This document shows positions 28,882-39,254 of a DNA stretch of 49,673 nt, in pieces (positions within the stretch are counted from its first letter, which is position 1; every line of letters starts with the position of its first letter). This stretch comes from a virus (Duplodnaviria; Heunggongvirae; Uroviricota; Caudoviricetes). The translations under genes were made by a program, and so were the position numbers. The notes beneath the pieces were generated by a model. It was not told the origin of the DNA. It made no database searches and worked only from the letters and a program-made list of their open reading frames with translations. The stretch lies in IMG/VR virus record IMGVR_UViG_2778261214_000022, positions 1-49,673 of that record, one strand, 5' to 3'.

Positions 28882-29491
28882 TATTAACTTTCATCCGTTT
28901 AAAAACCGTGGAGCATTTGGTGGCCTTTTTAACGTCGAATCCCGTGGGCTGATGCAGGGGGATGCGCAGGATGATCCGGCAATTCGTCTGCAACTTTGCT
29001 CCGGTCGACTGGACAGCAAAATCACTGAACCGGTATGGGGTGGAGTTGGAGTTATGGAGTGCATTGCTCCCGCGAAAGACAGCGTTAACGGTGCGGTAAT
29101 TAAACAAGCCACGAAGGACGCCTGTAACGCCTTTACTGTCTTTAATCAGGCATTTCATGGCATTACCACGCCGGATAATCCGGTGCCGTTATATCTCGCG
29201 GGTGGCTTTGTTCACTATTACCGCGTTGGCTCAGGTGCCCGCATTCCTCTCCCTGTCAGTGCAGAAGTTGTTGCGCTGGCTGATGGAAATAACACCGTTG
29301 CTGCCAGTGGTTTTGTGTGGGATCTGACGAAAAACATGGTTGATGTTTATTCGGGATCACCCGGCGCTAATCCGAAAGTGGATATTAAGCTGCTGATGGT
29401 TTCAGTTGACGGAAACCTGACGGTGAAAAAAGAGGATGGCGGTAACGTTGTCTGGGAAATCGGCAAACCGTGCGGCCTGTTTTTAATTTAA
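28874..29491 (+). CDS. Hypothetical head-associated protein
   Basis: 205 aa between scaffold-like and capsid genes. Confidence 0.55.
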   Translation: MADINFHPFKNRGAFGGLFNVESRGLMQGDAQDDPAIRLQLCSGRLDSKITEPVWGGVGVMECIAPAKDSVNGAVIKQATKDACNAFTVFNQAFHGITTPDNPVPLYLAGGFVHYYRVGSGARIPLPVSAEVVALADGNNTVAASGFVWDLTKNMVDVYSGSPGANPKVDIKLLMVSVDGNLTVKKEDGGNVVWEIGKPCGLFLI

Positions 29492-29505
29492 GGGGATATT
29501 AATTA

Positions 29506-30534
29506 ATGAGCGCATTTACTCCTGCGACTACTATTGTGTCGCCGTCAATGGTGCTGCCGGAAATGATCGTGCAACAGAGCATGGCTTCCGGGGCGTTTGA
29601 AGTCCTGGCTGGTGGTGCTCCAGCGGTAAAAATCAGTTCCAGTGATTTGATGGTCTATCAGAAATATCTGCGCATGACCTCGCAGGCGCAGGTCAGCCAG
29701 TCTCTGCCGGGTCAGTTACCGTCTTCCAGTATCTCTGGCGGCTATGACGGAATGATGACTTACCGAATTTCTTCCCGCTCGCAATACAGCTATCTCGATA
29801 CTGATGCAGCAGATCGCTGGGGCTATTCTCTGATTGAAGGCCTGCGCCTGGCTAACCGTCAGGGACACGCTCAAATGTTGCGTAATATGCTGCTGTATGG
29901 CGTGAATGCAGCTAATAACGAGGGGATCACCAACTCACCGAACGCAGTGACGCTGAATCTGGGCAACGACAGCAAAGGTAACGATTCGTACACCACCTGG
30001 GATTCCGGCGAGATGGCTAAATTTATGCTTGGCCTGATTGCTGACCAGAAAACCCGCATGTTGCTGCTGGGGCAGCCATTAACGACTGTTATTCTGAGCC
30101 CACAGCGATTCATGAAGGCGCTGGAGTGGACAGGAATTGTTGAGCTGACCAGTTACCAGCGTCCTGGTGGTGGTACCGGAACGGTGGGAACGATGGTTAA
30201 AGACGTCGCCGATAAGGCGACAGGCGACGACATCATGTTCTGCCAGGACGACACGCTGATCGGTAAAGGCGCTGGTGGTAATGACCTGATCATCGTTACG
30301 AACCCGACGATTGAGGTTCCGGAAGCGCGTCACACCATTAACACCAATATTTTCTCCACGCTGGTACCTAACCAGCAGGCCGTCAACGTGATGTTCTGTG
30401 ATATGGCAGCGCCGACGGAAATCCCGTCCCCTATGCCGGATGGCGGCCTGACCACGTTGTATACCATGCGCGCGACGCCGGGCTGGAACTTCCGCCCTGA
30501 GGGGATCACCCTGTTGTCTGCCAAATACGCATAA
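29506..30534 (+). CDS. Major capsid protein (putative)
   Basis: 342 aa, position after scaffold, followed by terminator. Confidence 0.65.
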   Translation: MSAFTPATTIVSPSMVLPEMIVQQSMASGAFEVLAGGAPAVKISSSDLMVYQKYLRMTSQAQVSQSLPGQLPSSSISGGYDGMMTYRISSRSQYSYLDTDAADRWGYSLIEGLRLANRQGHAQMLRNMLLYGVNAANNEGITNSPNAVTLNLGNDSKGNDSYTTWDSGEMAKFMLGLIADQKTRMLLLGQPLTTVILSPQRFMKALEWTGIVELTSYQRPGGGTGTVGTMVKDVADKATGDDIMFCQDDTLIGKGAGGNDLIIVTNPTIEVPEARHTINTNIFSTLVPNQQAVNVMFCDMAAPTEIPSPMPDGGLTTLYTMRATPGWNFRPEGITLLSAKYA

Positions 30535-30553
30535 ACGTTCAATCTGATAACGC

Positions 30554-30577
30554 GGGGAGCTAAATGCTCCCTTTTTT
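30554..30577 (+). terminator. Intrinsic terminator after capsid gene
   Basis: gggagc-taaat-gctccc followed by TTTTTT. Confidence 0.6.
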
Positions 30578-30590
30578 GTGGGAAAAATTT

Positions 30591-31061
30591 ATGAAGCTCT
30601 ACATCGCTAACTGCTCACGTCAGCCGCACACGTTCAACTACAAACTCCCCGAAAAAACGCAGTCGTTCGGTGTGACAATTCCGTCCGGACGTCAGCATAT
30701 GATCGAAAATCAGTCCGATATTATCGACCACATCATCCGACAGCATGAGCCTTACGGATTCCAGCGTTGTGACAAGGTGGACAAGAATTTTTCCGGTATC
30801 TGCTATTCCATCGATAAACCTGTGAGCGTCGGTCGCATTGAGGATTGCGCGGAGCAGAAAACGGAAAATCTGGAATCCCTGTCAGAAGAAATTCTTGCAG
30901 CCAGCGCCGTATCGCTGAATAACGCAGTGGATCAGGCAGTGATTCAAAGTGGCGAAAAACCTCAACCGGGTGGTATTGAAATGGAAATCACCGGGGAAGC
31001 GATTAACACTGAACAGGAAAATCCGCCCAGCACAAAGCGAAATATTAAGGTTAAAAAATAA
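30591..31061 (+). CDS. Hypothetical structural protein
   Basis: 156 aa from Met10. Confidence 0.55.
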   Translation: MKLYIANCSRQPHTFNYKLPEKTQSFGVTIPSGRQHMIENQSDIIDHIIRQHEPYGFQRCDKVDKNFSGICYSIDKPVSVGRIEDCAEQKTENLESLSEEILAASAVSLNNAVDQAVIQSGEKPQPGGIEMEITGEAINTEQENPPSTKRNIKVKK

Positions 31062-31501
31062 TGACCTTGCGTCCGTCACTGGAGGGATTTATTCGCTTTG
31101 TTCGTGACGACATGAAAGTACCGGTTCACGCTATTGCTGACGATGATCCGACGCTGGAATGTTGCTTTCAGTCTGCGATGGAGCTAATCCCTCACGATCA
31201 GGGGCTGGAGCGTTTACCCATCATCTATGTGCGAACGGTTTATAACGCTGCCGCCTCATTTCTCCTGAATTTCGCTCCCGGCTCGTGGTTTGCCGACCTG
31301 AGAAAAAAACTCAACCTTGGGAAACTGGCTACCGGGCTTGTCAGCGCGGCAGCAGACCAGGGGACATCTGGTTCGATCACCATCAGCGACGCGCTGAGTA
31401 ATCTGTCTTTGCTGGATTTGCAGATGTTACAGGATCCGTATGGACGACAGGTTGTTGCGGTGCTGATGCAGATGGGCACGGTATGGGGTTACACGCCATG
31501 A
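31061..31501 (+). CDS. Hypothetical head-tail joining protein
   Basis: 146 aa, TAATG coupling. Confidence 0.55.
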   Translation: MTLRPSLEGFIRFVRDDMKVPVHAIADDDPTLECCFQSAMELIPHDQGLERLPIIYVRTVYNAAASFLLNFAPGSWFADLRKKLNLGKLATGLVSAAADQGTSGSITISDALSNLSLLDLQMLQDPYGRQVVAVLMQMGTVWGYTP

Positions 31502-31938
31502 AACTTTGTTTTGGGGTTATCGACCAGCCGTATGACTACGGCGACGAACCGGGAAAAACCACGTTTGACGTGGCCTGTGACCTCGAGGAGCGATACGAAA
31601 TTTTTACGCACTTCTGGGAAATGCATAAGGACGAGATTATCCAGGAGGCAGGTACTGAACTGGCGTACCAGTTGGTCAATCACTTCAAGTATAAGGCTCC
31701 GCTACCTGGCGAGCATTTTCTGGAAGGGACCGGGAAGATTTTCCATATATTTCTTGAAACCGAAGAAATGGCCGGAATGACGATCAACGGAAATCAGGTC
31801 CCAACCCAGGCTGCGTTACAGGGTGTTAACTCAAGGCTTAAGGACAAATATACCGGGGAGCGGCGCCCGTCATTCATAGATGGCGGCCTGTTTAAGGGCA
31901 GCTTTATAGCGTGGATAGATAACAATGCCGAGTCTTGA
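31498..31938 (+). CDS. Hypothetical structural protein
   Basis: 146 aa, ATGA overlap. Confidence 0.5.
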   Translation: MKLCFGVIDQPYDYGDEPGKTTFDVACDLEERYEIFTHFWEMHKDEIIQEAGTELAYQLVNHFKYKAPLPGEHFLEGTGKIFHIFLETEEMAGMTINGNQVPTQAALQGVNSRLKDKYTGERRPSFIDGGLFKGSFIAWIDNNAES

Positions 31939-32869
31939 AGAATTAGCCGAACAGCACAGTTCGCAGCTCTCGTCCGTTCTTAAATCCGCAGTTGAAACCA
32001 TCTCGTCAGACCAGGAAATCACGTTCAGGCTCTATGTCCGGCAGGTTCTGCCGCTGGATGGTTTTGTCTATTGGGTTAATGCGGAAATCATCAGTTGCGA
32101 TGAACTGTGTCGTCTGAATATTGAGTCACCAACTCGTCTGAAAATCAAAGGCAGCCTGCATCGTCAGGTTATTGCGATTCAGGACGAGTCTGTCTCGAAG
32201 GATGTGAACAACATTATTTTCACGCCTGTTCAGCAGGTTGATGATTTTAATGTGGAAAATCCCGATGCGATCTATCTCGGTGAGTACGGCGGCGTCCAGT
32301 TCGCTTTTTCTCGAATGGAGAGCCGCTATCAGCAGTCGGGTATTTTTCATTATCGCGGCATGGCGATTTTGCCAACCATGCGTTCCCAGATTATCGACTG
32401 CGAGGAGGATATCAGCGACGAGCAGATCATATCCAACAGCATCCCGATCTGGCTGCAAATGAAAGATGCCGCGACCGTGTATCCGTCTTACCTGGTACCG
32501 CAGAACCTTCGCCCTCCGTATATCGCGGTGGATGTTCGCAACAGTATTCCGTTGCAGGTGGCTCCCGTTGTTTTCGGAGGTGAGCGGTTCCAGCTAGTCC
32601 AGGATTCGGTTCGCCTGACGCTTTACGGATTCAGCAACAAAATGGCGCTGGATCTTGTCGACTCGGTGGTGAACAGGGCGCTGGAGGAGGAAAAGTTTGG
32701 TGTAACCAATATTCCGGTGGTTCAGGACGCAAAGTCGGGACAGGTTGAAATCAACGCTCTGGCGAAGAAAAAGATTGTCGATTTTGACGTGAATTACTAC
32801 CAGAGCACCGCCCGGGAAATATCCCGGCAGTTGATTGAAAAAGTTATTTGTAAATATGAGGTTAAATAA
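31925..32869 (+). CDS. Hypothetical structural protein
   Basis: 314 aa. Confidence 0.55.
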   Translation: MPSLEELAEQHSSQLSSVLKSAVETISSDQEITFRLYVRQVLPLDGFVYWVNAEIISCDELCRLNIESPTRLKIKGSLHRQVIAIQDESVSKDVNNIIFTPVQQVDDFNVENPDAIYLGEYGGVQFAFSRMESRYQQSGIFHYRGMAILPTMRSQIIDCEEDISDEQIISNSIPIWLQMKDAATVYPSYLVPQNLRPPYIAVDVRNSIPLQVAPVVFGGERFQLVQDSVRLTLYGFSNKMALDLVDSVVNRALEEEKFGVTNIPVVQDAKSGQVEINALAKKKIVDFDVNYYQSTAREISRQLIEKVICKYEVK

Positions 32870-34206
32870 TGGGATTTAATATCGTCACGGTGAATGTGTC
32901 CCAGACCATCGGGGCCATTCCCTCGAATTTGCAGCAGATGTCTGCGGTTCTCTCGTTTGGTTCCACGACTCATGAGCCGGGAAAACCCGTATTACTCACC
33001 CGTAATCAGGACATTAACGAACTGGTTAAAAATCCGATTGTTGCCTTGTCGGCAGCTGTCGCAGGAAGATCTGCGACAAACGTCACTGTTACGATGACGC
33101 TTCCGGAAGGGAGTAATATCCGGCGCGAAAACAGTTCTGAGGTAAAGATTGTCGTTTCCGGTTGCTCTCCCGACGCGTGGAACGGCGAATATACTGCTAC
33201 CGTCGCGGATGAAAAAACACTGACCTGGACAATAGCTGATTCTCAGCTTTCCGGTTCGCCAGTGACACTGGGTCAGTTTTCCATTGCTGGCAGTGAAAAT
33301 CTGGTGACGGCAGTAAACACGTTTTTTGCCCAGGGAAATTCAGTGGGGATTTACCTGCTGGAGTTGGGAGTACAGAAAGGCGGAGTCAGTAAGGAAATCG
33401 CTGCACTGAAAGCTTATATGGAAGATCCGCTCCTGCGTTTTTATGCGTATCTGGTGCCGCAGCCGTGGGATGGTGACGCAGAGTTTATCAGTCTGGCAAA
33501 ACTCCACACCGCCAACGAAGCGATGCAGTATTTCTTCGTGCTGACGAAAACGCCGGACGACACGAATTACGTTTCGCCTTATGCCGGTATTAAGTCGGTT
33601 ATTGCAACGGCGGATGATACGTACCCGGCGACAAACGCGGCAGCAGCCGTAATGTGGAACTATGTTTCCGCATCACCTTCAGAAATCAACAAGGTGCCGC
33701 CGATGGCATTTCGCTATTTACAGGCGGTAAACGCCCACAAGGGCAAAAATTCCATTCTGGCCACGATGACGAAGCAGAATATTAACTACATCGAAACGGG
33801 TGCTGAGGGTGGAATCTCCAACACGATCCTGGTGAAAGGCGTTACCAGTGACGGTAACGATATGACGTACTGGTATTCCGTGGATTGGGTGCAGATTAAC
33901 GTCGATATGCAGCTCGCCAACGCGGTGATCAACGGCTGCAATAACCCAATTAACCCGCTTTACTACAACCAGGACGGGATCGACCGTCTGCAGCAGGTCG
34001 CACAGGCGGTGTTCAATACGGGCGTATCTTACGGCCTGGTCAACGGCCAGCCTGTCGTAGATGCAGTGCCTTTCCGCCAGTATATCAACACGAATCCGAA
34101 TGATTACGGTATCGGGCGTTATGCGGGCCTTTCGGCCTCCTATACGCCGATGCGCGGATTTGTCGAAATCATTTTTAACATCAATGTGACAATGCAGCTT
34201 TCGTGA
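32869..34206 (+). CDS. Tail sheath protein (putative)
   Basis: 445 aa, directly precedes tube-like gene; by size and order. Confidence 0.6.
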   Translation: MGFNIVTVNVSQTIGAIPSNLQQMSAVLSFGSTTHEPGKPVLLTRNQDINELVKNPIVALSAAVAGRSATNVTVTMTLPEGSNIRRENSSEVKIVVSGCSPDAWNGEYTATVADEKTLTWTIADSQLSGSPVTLGQFSIAGSENLVTAVNTFFAQGNSVGIYLLELGVQKGGVSKEIAALKAYMEDPLLRFYAYLVPQPWDGDAEFISLAKLHTANEAMQYFFVLTKTPDDTNYVSPYAGIKSVIATADDTYPATNAAAAVMWNYVSASPSEINKVPPMAFRYLQAVNAHKGKNSILATMTKQNINYIETGAEGGISNTILVKGVTSDGNDMTYWYSVDWVQINVDMQLANAVINGCNNPINPLYYNQDGIDRLQQVAQAVFNTGVSYGLVNGQPVVDAVPFRQYINTNPNDYGIGRYAGLSASYTPMRGFVEIIFNINVTMQLS

Positions 34207-34217
34207 GGGACTGAACC

Positions 34218-34661
34218 GTGCCTAATCCAATGATCCCCGTTGGCACCCTTAACCGGGTTCGCGCCAGCGTTAAATTCACCTCTCATTCCGAACTGAATGT
34301 GTCCGCCTCATTTCTGGCAAAAGAAGGCGTCGAATTGTCCTTTCAGGGCAATATCACGGAGTTTTTACCCGCCATGACGGGAGCCGTGCAGTCGCCGCAG
34401 CCATACATGATTTTACAGGCGCGTGTTCATCTGCTGCGTAGCCAGGCGCTGGGGAAACAATTCAAGGCTCAATGGGAAAAGAACGCCACGATCGGCGACG
34501 CAAAAGTGTATAGCGACAGCACGGTATTCGGTGACTTCGATATCTATAACACGGCGATCACCAACGTGCAGGATATGACCTTCGCCGGGGGCGAGCCTGG
34601 TGTAGCCATCACCATTACCGGTACGTATTACATCAACTCTGAAATGTGGGATCTGGTATGA
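34218..34661 (+). CDS. Tail tube protein (putative)
   Basis: 147 aa, GTG start with GAGGG RBS. Confidence 0.55.
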   Translation: MPNPMIPVGTLNRVRASVKFTSHSELNVSASFLAKEGVELSFQGNITEFLPAMTGAVQSPQPYMILQARVHLLRSQALGKQFKAQWEKNATIGDAKVYSDSTVFGDFDIYNTAITNVQDMTFAGGEPGVAITITGTYYINSEMWDLV

Positions 34662-35275
34662 AAATCGCGCGAAATTTGAATCTGATTATTCCTGTCCGGA
34701 CAGAAAAGGGGAACGGCTGGATCCATGCCACGCCGATCAGCAAAGAGGTGTTTAAAGAGCATTTCTTTATTCTGAGTAAAACCTTTTCTGCCATTTTTTC
34801 AGAAGGTCTTGGCGTCGTTTCGGGGCCGCGTATCGCCTGCCTTATGCTGGAACGGATCTCCTCAGATATGAATATCTGGGATGGCGAAAAGGGCGTTCGC
34901 AATACGCTCGTGAATGAAATCATTCGTCTTGCGAATCTGGTTTACCCAGTCGAAGGGAAAGGCTACGACACGATCCCGCTTGATATGGCGCTAGAGCGCG
35001 GCATCGTTGAATTTGATGATGTGGCAGGTGAACTCGTTTTTTTTACATGCGTCTCGTCGATAAACACACCGGAGCAGACGGAACAGATGATGCTGGTAGT
35101 CAGTGGAATGTGGAACAGTCGCACTTCATCCTTGAGTCTTACGGAATGGATTGCTTCATTGCCGACATTGAAGCCTGTCGCCAGTTCTGGCGCGACGGCG
35201 AGCACGTTATCAGCGACATCCTCGACTACTCAGCCGGAGACGGATTCAGCGACATCTGGGCAAATTCCGGTCTGA
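34658..35275 (+). CDS. Tail assembly chaperone
   Basis: 205 aa, immediately upstream of tape measure gene; contains slippery run. Confidence 0.6.
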   Translation: MKIARNLNLIIPVRTEKGNGWIHATPISKEVFKEHFFILSKTFSAIFSEGLGVVSGPRIACLMLERISSDMNIWDGEKGVRNTLVNEIIRLANLVYPVEGKGYDTIPLDMALERGIVEFDDVAGELVFFTCVSSINTPEQTEQMMLVVSGMWNSRTSSLSLTEWIASLPTLKPVASSGATASTLSATSSTTQPETDSATSGQIPV

Positions 35276-35349
35276 ATGTAAAAACAGCAGCTCAGTTTCG
35301 TGAGCTGCGTAAATGCACGACGCCGGGAGGGGTATTGAATGTCAGGTAA
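35038..35349 (+). other. Programmed -1 frameshift site and extension of tail chaperone
   Basis: T_TTT_TTT heptamer at 35038-35044 in frame with chaperone; -1 frame stays open to 35349 and ends at the tape measure start. Confidence 0.5.
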
Positions 35350-37312
35350 TCAGATGCCAGTTCTGACACTGGACGTTAATGAAGAACACCTTAAGCGACT
35401 TGAGGCGATATTTGAAAAGTATCGCAATGGGCTGATGATTGGCCCTGCGGGGACGCCGCTTAAAATACCTTCAAATACAGGTCTAGGAGGTGGCACGCAG
35501 CAGGCAACCTCGGGCGGAGAAGCCAATCAGGCTCCCAGGAAACCATCTTCACCTGCGCCCACCGATGGACGTTTAAGGGATGAAAAAGGGAGCTTTGTCG
35601 GTAGCGGAAAAACACCTGATTCGCTGGTGAGCAACTATAAAGGTCGCGGCGAAACGATGTTTGATAAGTATCTCAGTAGTCTGGGTAAAAACGCTCAGGG
35701 GACGCTGAAAACTTACAAGCAGATCAATTCAACGCTTAAAACGACCAATTCACGACTGAAAACGCTGTTTAAAACGACTGTATCCTGGGGGAGCAAAATT
35801 GCGGCGCTTGGTTCGGTCGGTGCTTTCGGGTACGGATATATGGCGAGCAAGGTTGCAGCGCAATACAGCGTGGCTCAGGGGCTGGGTATGGAAACCGCAC
35901 AGATGCAGGCCGCACGTGCCACCTATTCGCCATATTTTTCTGGCACAGAAGAACTGGTTCAGCATCTGGCGAACGCACAGAAAAATCCGAATGATCCAAA
36001 CTATGCTGGTCTGGTCAGTCTTGGAATTGATCCTCGAGATGGTGCAGCAAAGAATCTGCCCAAACTTATGAGCGCGCTTGCATCTCTCGTTAAGCAATAT
36101 AAAGGTTCAGGACTTACTCAGGGGATTCTCAACGGACAAGGGCTTGGATTTGTTGATGTCGCGACAACTAACCAGGTGGAAGCGAATCTGGACAAGATCC
36201 CCCAACTGAACGAGAAATTTGCATCAAATACCAGGTTGCTCGGTGCTTACCTCACGCCAGCTATGCAGTCAGGTTATCAGGATACGGTGAGTAACCTGAT
36301 GGTAAATGGAAACAGAATATCAAATTCCTGGTATGCAGCTCTCGCCAGATATAACCCACTAATCACAGGTGCATCTGATGGGCTGACATCCAATATTGAA
36401 GGTTTTCTGAATGGTGGAAATTTTCAGAAAATTCTCACTGAGGCTGGCGAAGGGCTGGAGAAACTTGGTAAGTGGCTGAATAGCGAACAATTTAAAAATG
36501 ATCTTGACGATTTTTCTCTGGCGGTGAGCCGGATTGCAAAAGCAATATGGTCAGCTATCAAATGGATCGGTGGGGAAGATAAATATCTCCCCGGAACCGG
36601 AGTTGGTGCTGAACAGGCAGATCCAGTTCTTGCGGCATTTGGGAATAAATATCTCGGTGGTGCGTTGCCGGGAGCAAACCCGATGACAAATCAGTATACG
36701 GGTGAGTTTTATAAACAGGATGATGTATATAAAAATTACCGTATGCCTAATGATTTAAAGAGAAATATTCAGAACTTTGTAGAGCAAGCCAATAATACTT
36801 ATCGACTTCCTAAAAATATGATGTCAGCTATCGCGGAGGTTGAATCTTCGTGGAATCCTCTGGCAAGAGGAACTCCAGATGAAAAAGGTAGATTCGCTAA
36901 GGGGTTGTGGCAATTCTGGGATAGCACCGCAAAACAGTATGGTCTGGTGGGTGATGATGTTTATGACCCAAATAAATCCACTCTTGCGGCTGGCCGCTTT
37001 TTAAATGATCTGAACCGGCGTTATAAAGGCGATGTGGCAAAAATGCTTACGGCATATAACGGAGGTCGTATTGATAGAGATGGAAATCTAAGTTTGAGAA
37101 TGGAGACTGTAAAATATTTAATTAAATTATTGCCTCAGATACAGGGAGCTTTGGATCAACACCCTGGTATTATGAATCAGCTAAGAAATGCCAGAGATAA
37201 CCTTCAGGGTGCTGGCAAAAATGCCCGCGCAATAATTGAGCTTCAGGTGCGACAATCGCCGGGTTCCGACATACTGGCACAACTCGCCGGAACGCAACAA
37301 ATACCGGGGTAA
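35339..37312 (+). CDS. Tape measure protein with lytic transglycosylase-like region
   Basis: 657 aa; motif MMSAIAEVESSWNP ... TAYNGG near C-terminus. Confidence 0.8.
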   Translation: MSGNQMPVLTLDVNEEHLKRLEAIFEKYRNGLMIGPAGTPLKIPSNTGLGGGTQQATSGGEANQAPRKPSSPAPTDGRLRDEKGSFVGSGKTPDSLVSNYKGRGETMFDKYLSSLGKNAQGTLKTYKQINSTLKTTNSRLKTLFKTTVSWGSKIAALGSVGAFGYGYMASKVAAQYSVAQGLGMETAQMQAARATYSPYFSGTEELVQHLANAQKNPNDPNYAGLVSLGIDPRDGAAKNLPKLMSALASLVKQYKGSGLTQGILNGQGLGFVDVATTNQVEANLDKIPQLNEKFASNTRLLGAYLTPAMQSGYQDTVSNLMVNGNRISNSWYAALARYNPLITGASDGLTSNIEGFLNGGNFQKILTEAGEGLEKLGKWLNSEQFKNDLDDFSLAVSRIAKAIWSAIKWIGGEDKYLPGTGVGAEQADPVLAAFGNKYLGGALPGANPMTNQYTGEFYKQDDVYKNYRMPNDLKRNIQNFVEQANNTYRLPKNMMSAIAEVESSWNPLARGTPDEKGRFAKGLWQFWDSTAKQYGLVGDDVYDPNKSTLAAGRFLNDLNRRYKGDVAKMLTAYNGGRIDRDGNLSLRMETVKYLIKLLPQIQGALDQHPGIMNQLRNARDNLQGAGKNARAIIELQVRQSPGSDILAQLAGTQQIPG

Positions 37313-37315
37313 AAG

Positions 37316-37984
37316 ATGTCACTTAATTACTTTGGACAAGCTTTCAAACTGGCGTTTGAAGTTTCGCCCATTCTTTTAGTTGATGGCATAGCGTCGAAAA
37401 TTCCCGGCGGGGTGATGCCGATTGCTGTTCTGACCGAAGGACTAAGTATCGCGAACGGTCTGCTGCATGGAGAGATTCATACACGCTCGATGGCGGCATT
37501 CACGCCAATGGCCGGGACAACGCTGGTCCAGCAGGATATTTGCAACCTGAATTTCTATAACCAGGTAACGGCAGCGAATGCGACCGTCAGGAAGCCTAAC
37601 CGGGTAGTCATGCAGATGATCCGTCCGGTATCAACGGAGGACGGTGGCTACACCACTAAGGGGATGACGTTTACGGCGCTGAAAATGGCGCTTGATATGC
37701 ATAACCAGTATGGCGGTTGTTATACCGTTATGACTCCCTCGTTTATCTACACGCGCTGCCTGATGCGGTCGTTTATCGATACATCTGGTTTCTCTGAGCA
37801 GAACAAGCAAGTGCAGCACACCTGGCTGATTGAGTTTGAGCAACCATTGTCGTCTGTCGAACAAACAGTAAAGACGCTGGCTAGTGTTCTGGATAAATTT
37901 GATAAAGGGATGCCGTCAGACGGGCCGCTATCGTGGTCAGGCATTAAGAACCAGGTCGTGCAGGAGTTTGGTATTGGCTTATGA
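37316..37984 (+). CDS. Tail/baseplate protein
   Basis: 222 aa, follows tape measure. Confidence 0.5.
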   Translation: MSLNYFGQAFKLAFEVSPILLVDGIASKIPGGVMPIAVLTEGLSIANGLLHGEIHTRSMAAFTPMAGTTLVQQDICNLNFYNQVTAANATVRKPNRVVMQMIRPVSTEDGGYTTKGMTFTALKMALDMHNQYGGCYTVMTPSFIYTRCLMRSFIDTSGFSEQNKQVQHTWLIEFEQPLSSVEQTVKTLASVLDKFDKGMPSDGPLSWSGIKNQVVQEFGIGL

Positions 37985-38247
37985 CAACGTTAATTCCTTT
38001 TAAACCTGACGGGCGAGGCCCGTTTCAGTTCACGGCCAGAATTGGAGAATATGAAACATTCGCCCGCGTTCCGTTTAATCTGTATGCAAATCGTTACTAC
38101 TTGGAACTGAAAGACAGTTCTGGCGACGTGATTGTGTACATGCCGTTGATCGCGTCACCTGACAGTTACGACATCAATCTGGCGCTGCCTTGCTCACCGG
38201 GGAAACTTGTTTTTCGCGAAAGTACGAATCAGTTTGAGGTTTCGTAA
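37981..38247 (+). CDS. Small tail protein
   Basis: 88 aa, ATGA coupling. Confidence 0.5.
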   Translation: MTTLIPFKPDGRGPFQFTARIGEYETFARVPFNLYANRYYLELKDSSGDVIVYMPLIASPDSYDINLALPCSPGKLVFRESTNQFEVS

Positions 38248-39254
38248 TGCGTTATTACCGACTGGAAATTATTAATCCTAAAACAGGCAAGCCGCCAGTG
38301 GATAGCAATGGAAAACCCATTGGACCTTTTGATACCAGTGAAACACCAGGATGTGGGTTGCATGTTGAATTTGACTTTGAAGTAACCGGCCTGGATGTAG
38401 TCTGTTCGGGCACGATGCTGACGATCTATGGATTACCAATTGACATGCTGAAGCAAAGCGTAAGCTTGCAGGGTTGTCTGGTCCGTATGAAAGCAGGCTT
38501 TGTTCAGGGGTTACCACTGGCAAATAAGGATCAACAGGGGGAGGTAATCTATGGTGAAATTTATCTGGCCTATGCCAACTGGATCGGCACGAACCAGACT
38601 TTAAACCTGGTAATAAATCCAAGCATACGCAAAACCGATGACGGTAAACCTTTTTCAATTGAGGGGCAGGGGGAAGCAGGCGAAAGGGTTGGCGATGTTT
38701 TAGTCCGCGCTTTGCAAAAAGCATATCCCAATAAATTGATTGATTGCACAGTCAGCGACAACCTAGTTTTGCCAGAGCCGTGGACGGGTAAATATACAGA
38801 GATTGGTTCTCTGGCAATGGTCGTAAAAAACGCCTCTATTGCGATGATGCGTAATGAAAGGTATAGCGGAATCGCCATCAGTATTCTTTCCGACAGAATA
38901 CGAATCTACGATAACGCATCGGCAAAGTGGGGTGAGCCAAAAACAATTCATGCCCATGAACTGGTCGGGCAGCCGACATGGGTAGCGCCGTTTACCGTCA
39001 GCTTCAAATGCCCGATGAGGGGCGATATCAGATGTGGTGATGTGGTTAATTTGCCGGAGGGGCTTTATTCGGGCGCCGCGTCGATTGTGATGGCTAATAC
39101 AATGGCTCCTGGCGTTATCTCCAAAAACTCGACCACGTTTACCGGGAAATTTCTTGTGAAATCGGTCAGACACATTGGTTCGTATCTGACAGCCGATGGC
39201 GATGCCTGGGTGACGGTATTCGAGGCATATGCTGAGAACTGGGCGAGGGTGTAA
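38247..39254 (+). CDS. Baseplate hub-like protein
   Basis: 335 aa, TAATG coupling. Confidence 0.5.
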   Translation: MRYYRLEIINPKTGKPPVDSNGKPIGPFDTSETPGCGLHVEFDFEVTGLDVVCSGTMLTIYGLPIDMLKQSVSLQGCLVRMKAGFVQGLPLANKDQQGEVIYGEIYLAYANWIGTNQTLNLVINPSIRKTDDGKPFSIEGQGEAGERVGDVLVRALQKAYPNKLIDCTVSDNLVLPEPWTGKYTEIGSLAMVVKNASIAMMRNERYSGIAISILSDRIRIYDNASAKWGEPKTIHAHELVGQPTWVAPFTVSFKCPMRGDIRCGDVVNLPEGLYSGAASIVMANTMAPGVISKNSTTFTGKFLVKSVRHIGSYLTADGDAWVTVFEAYAENWARV

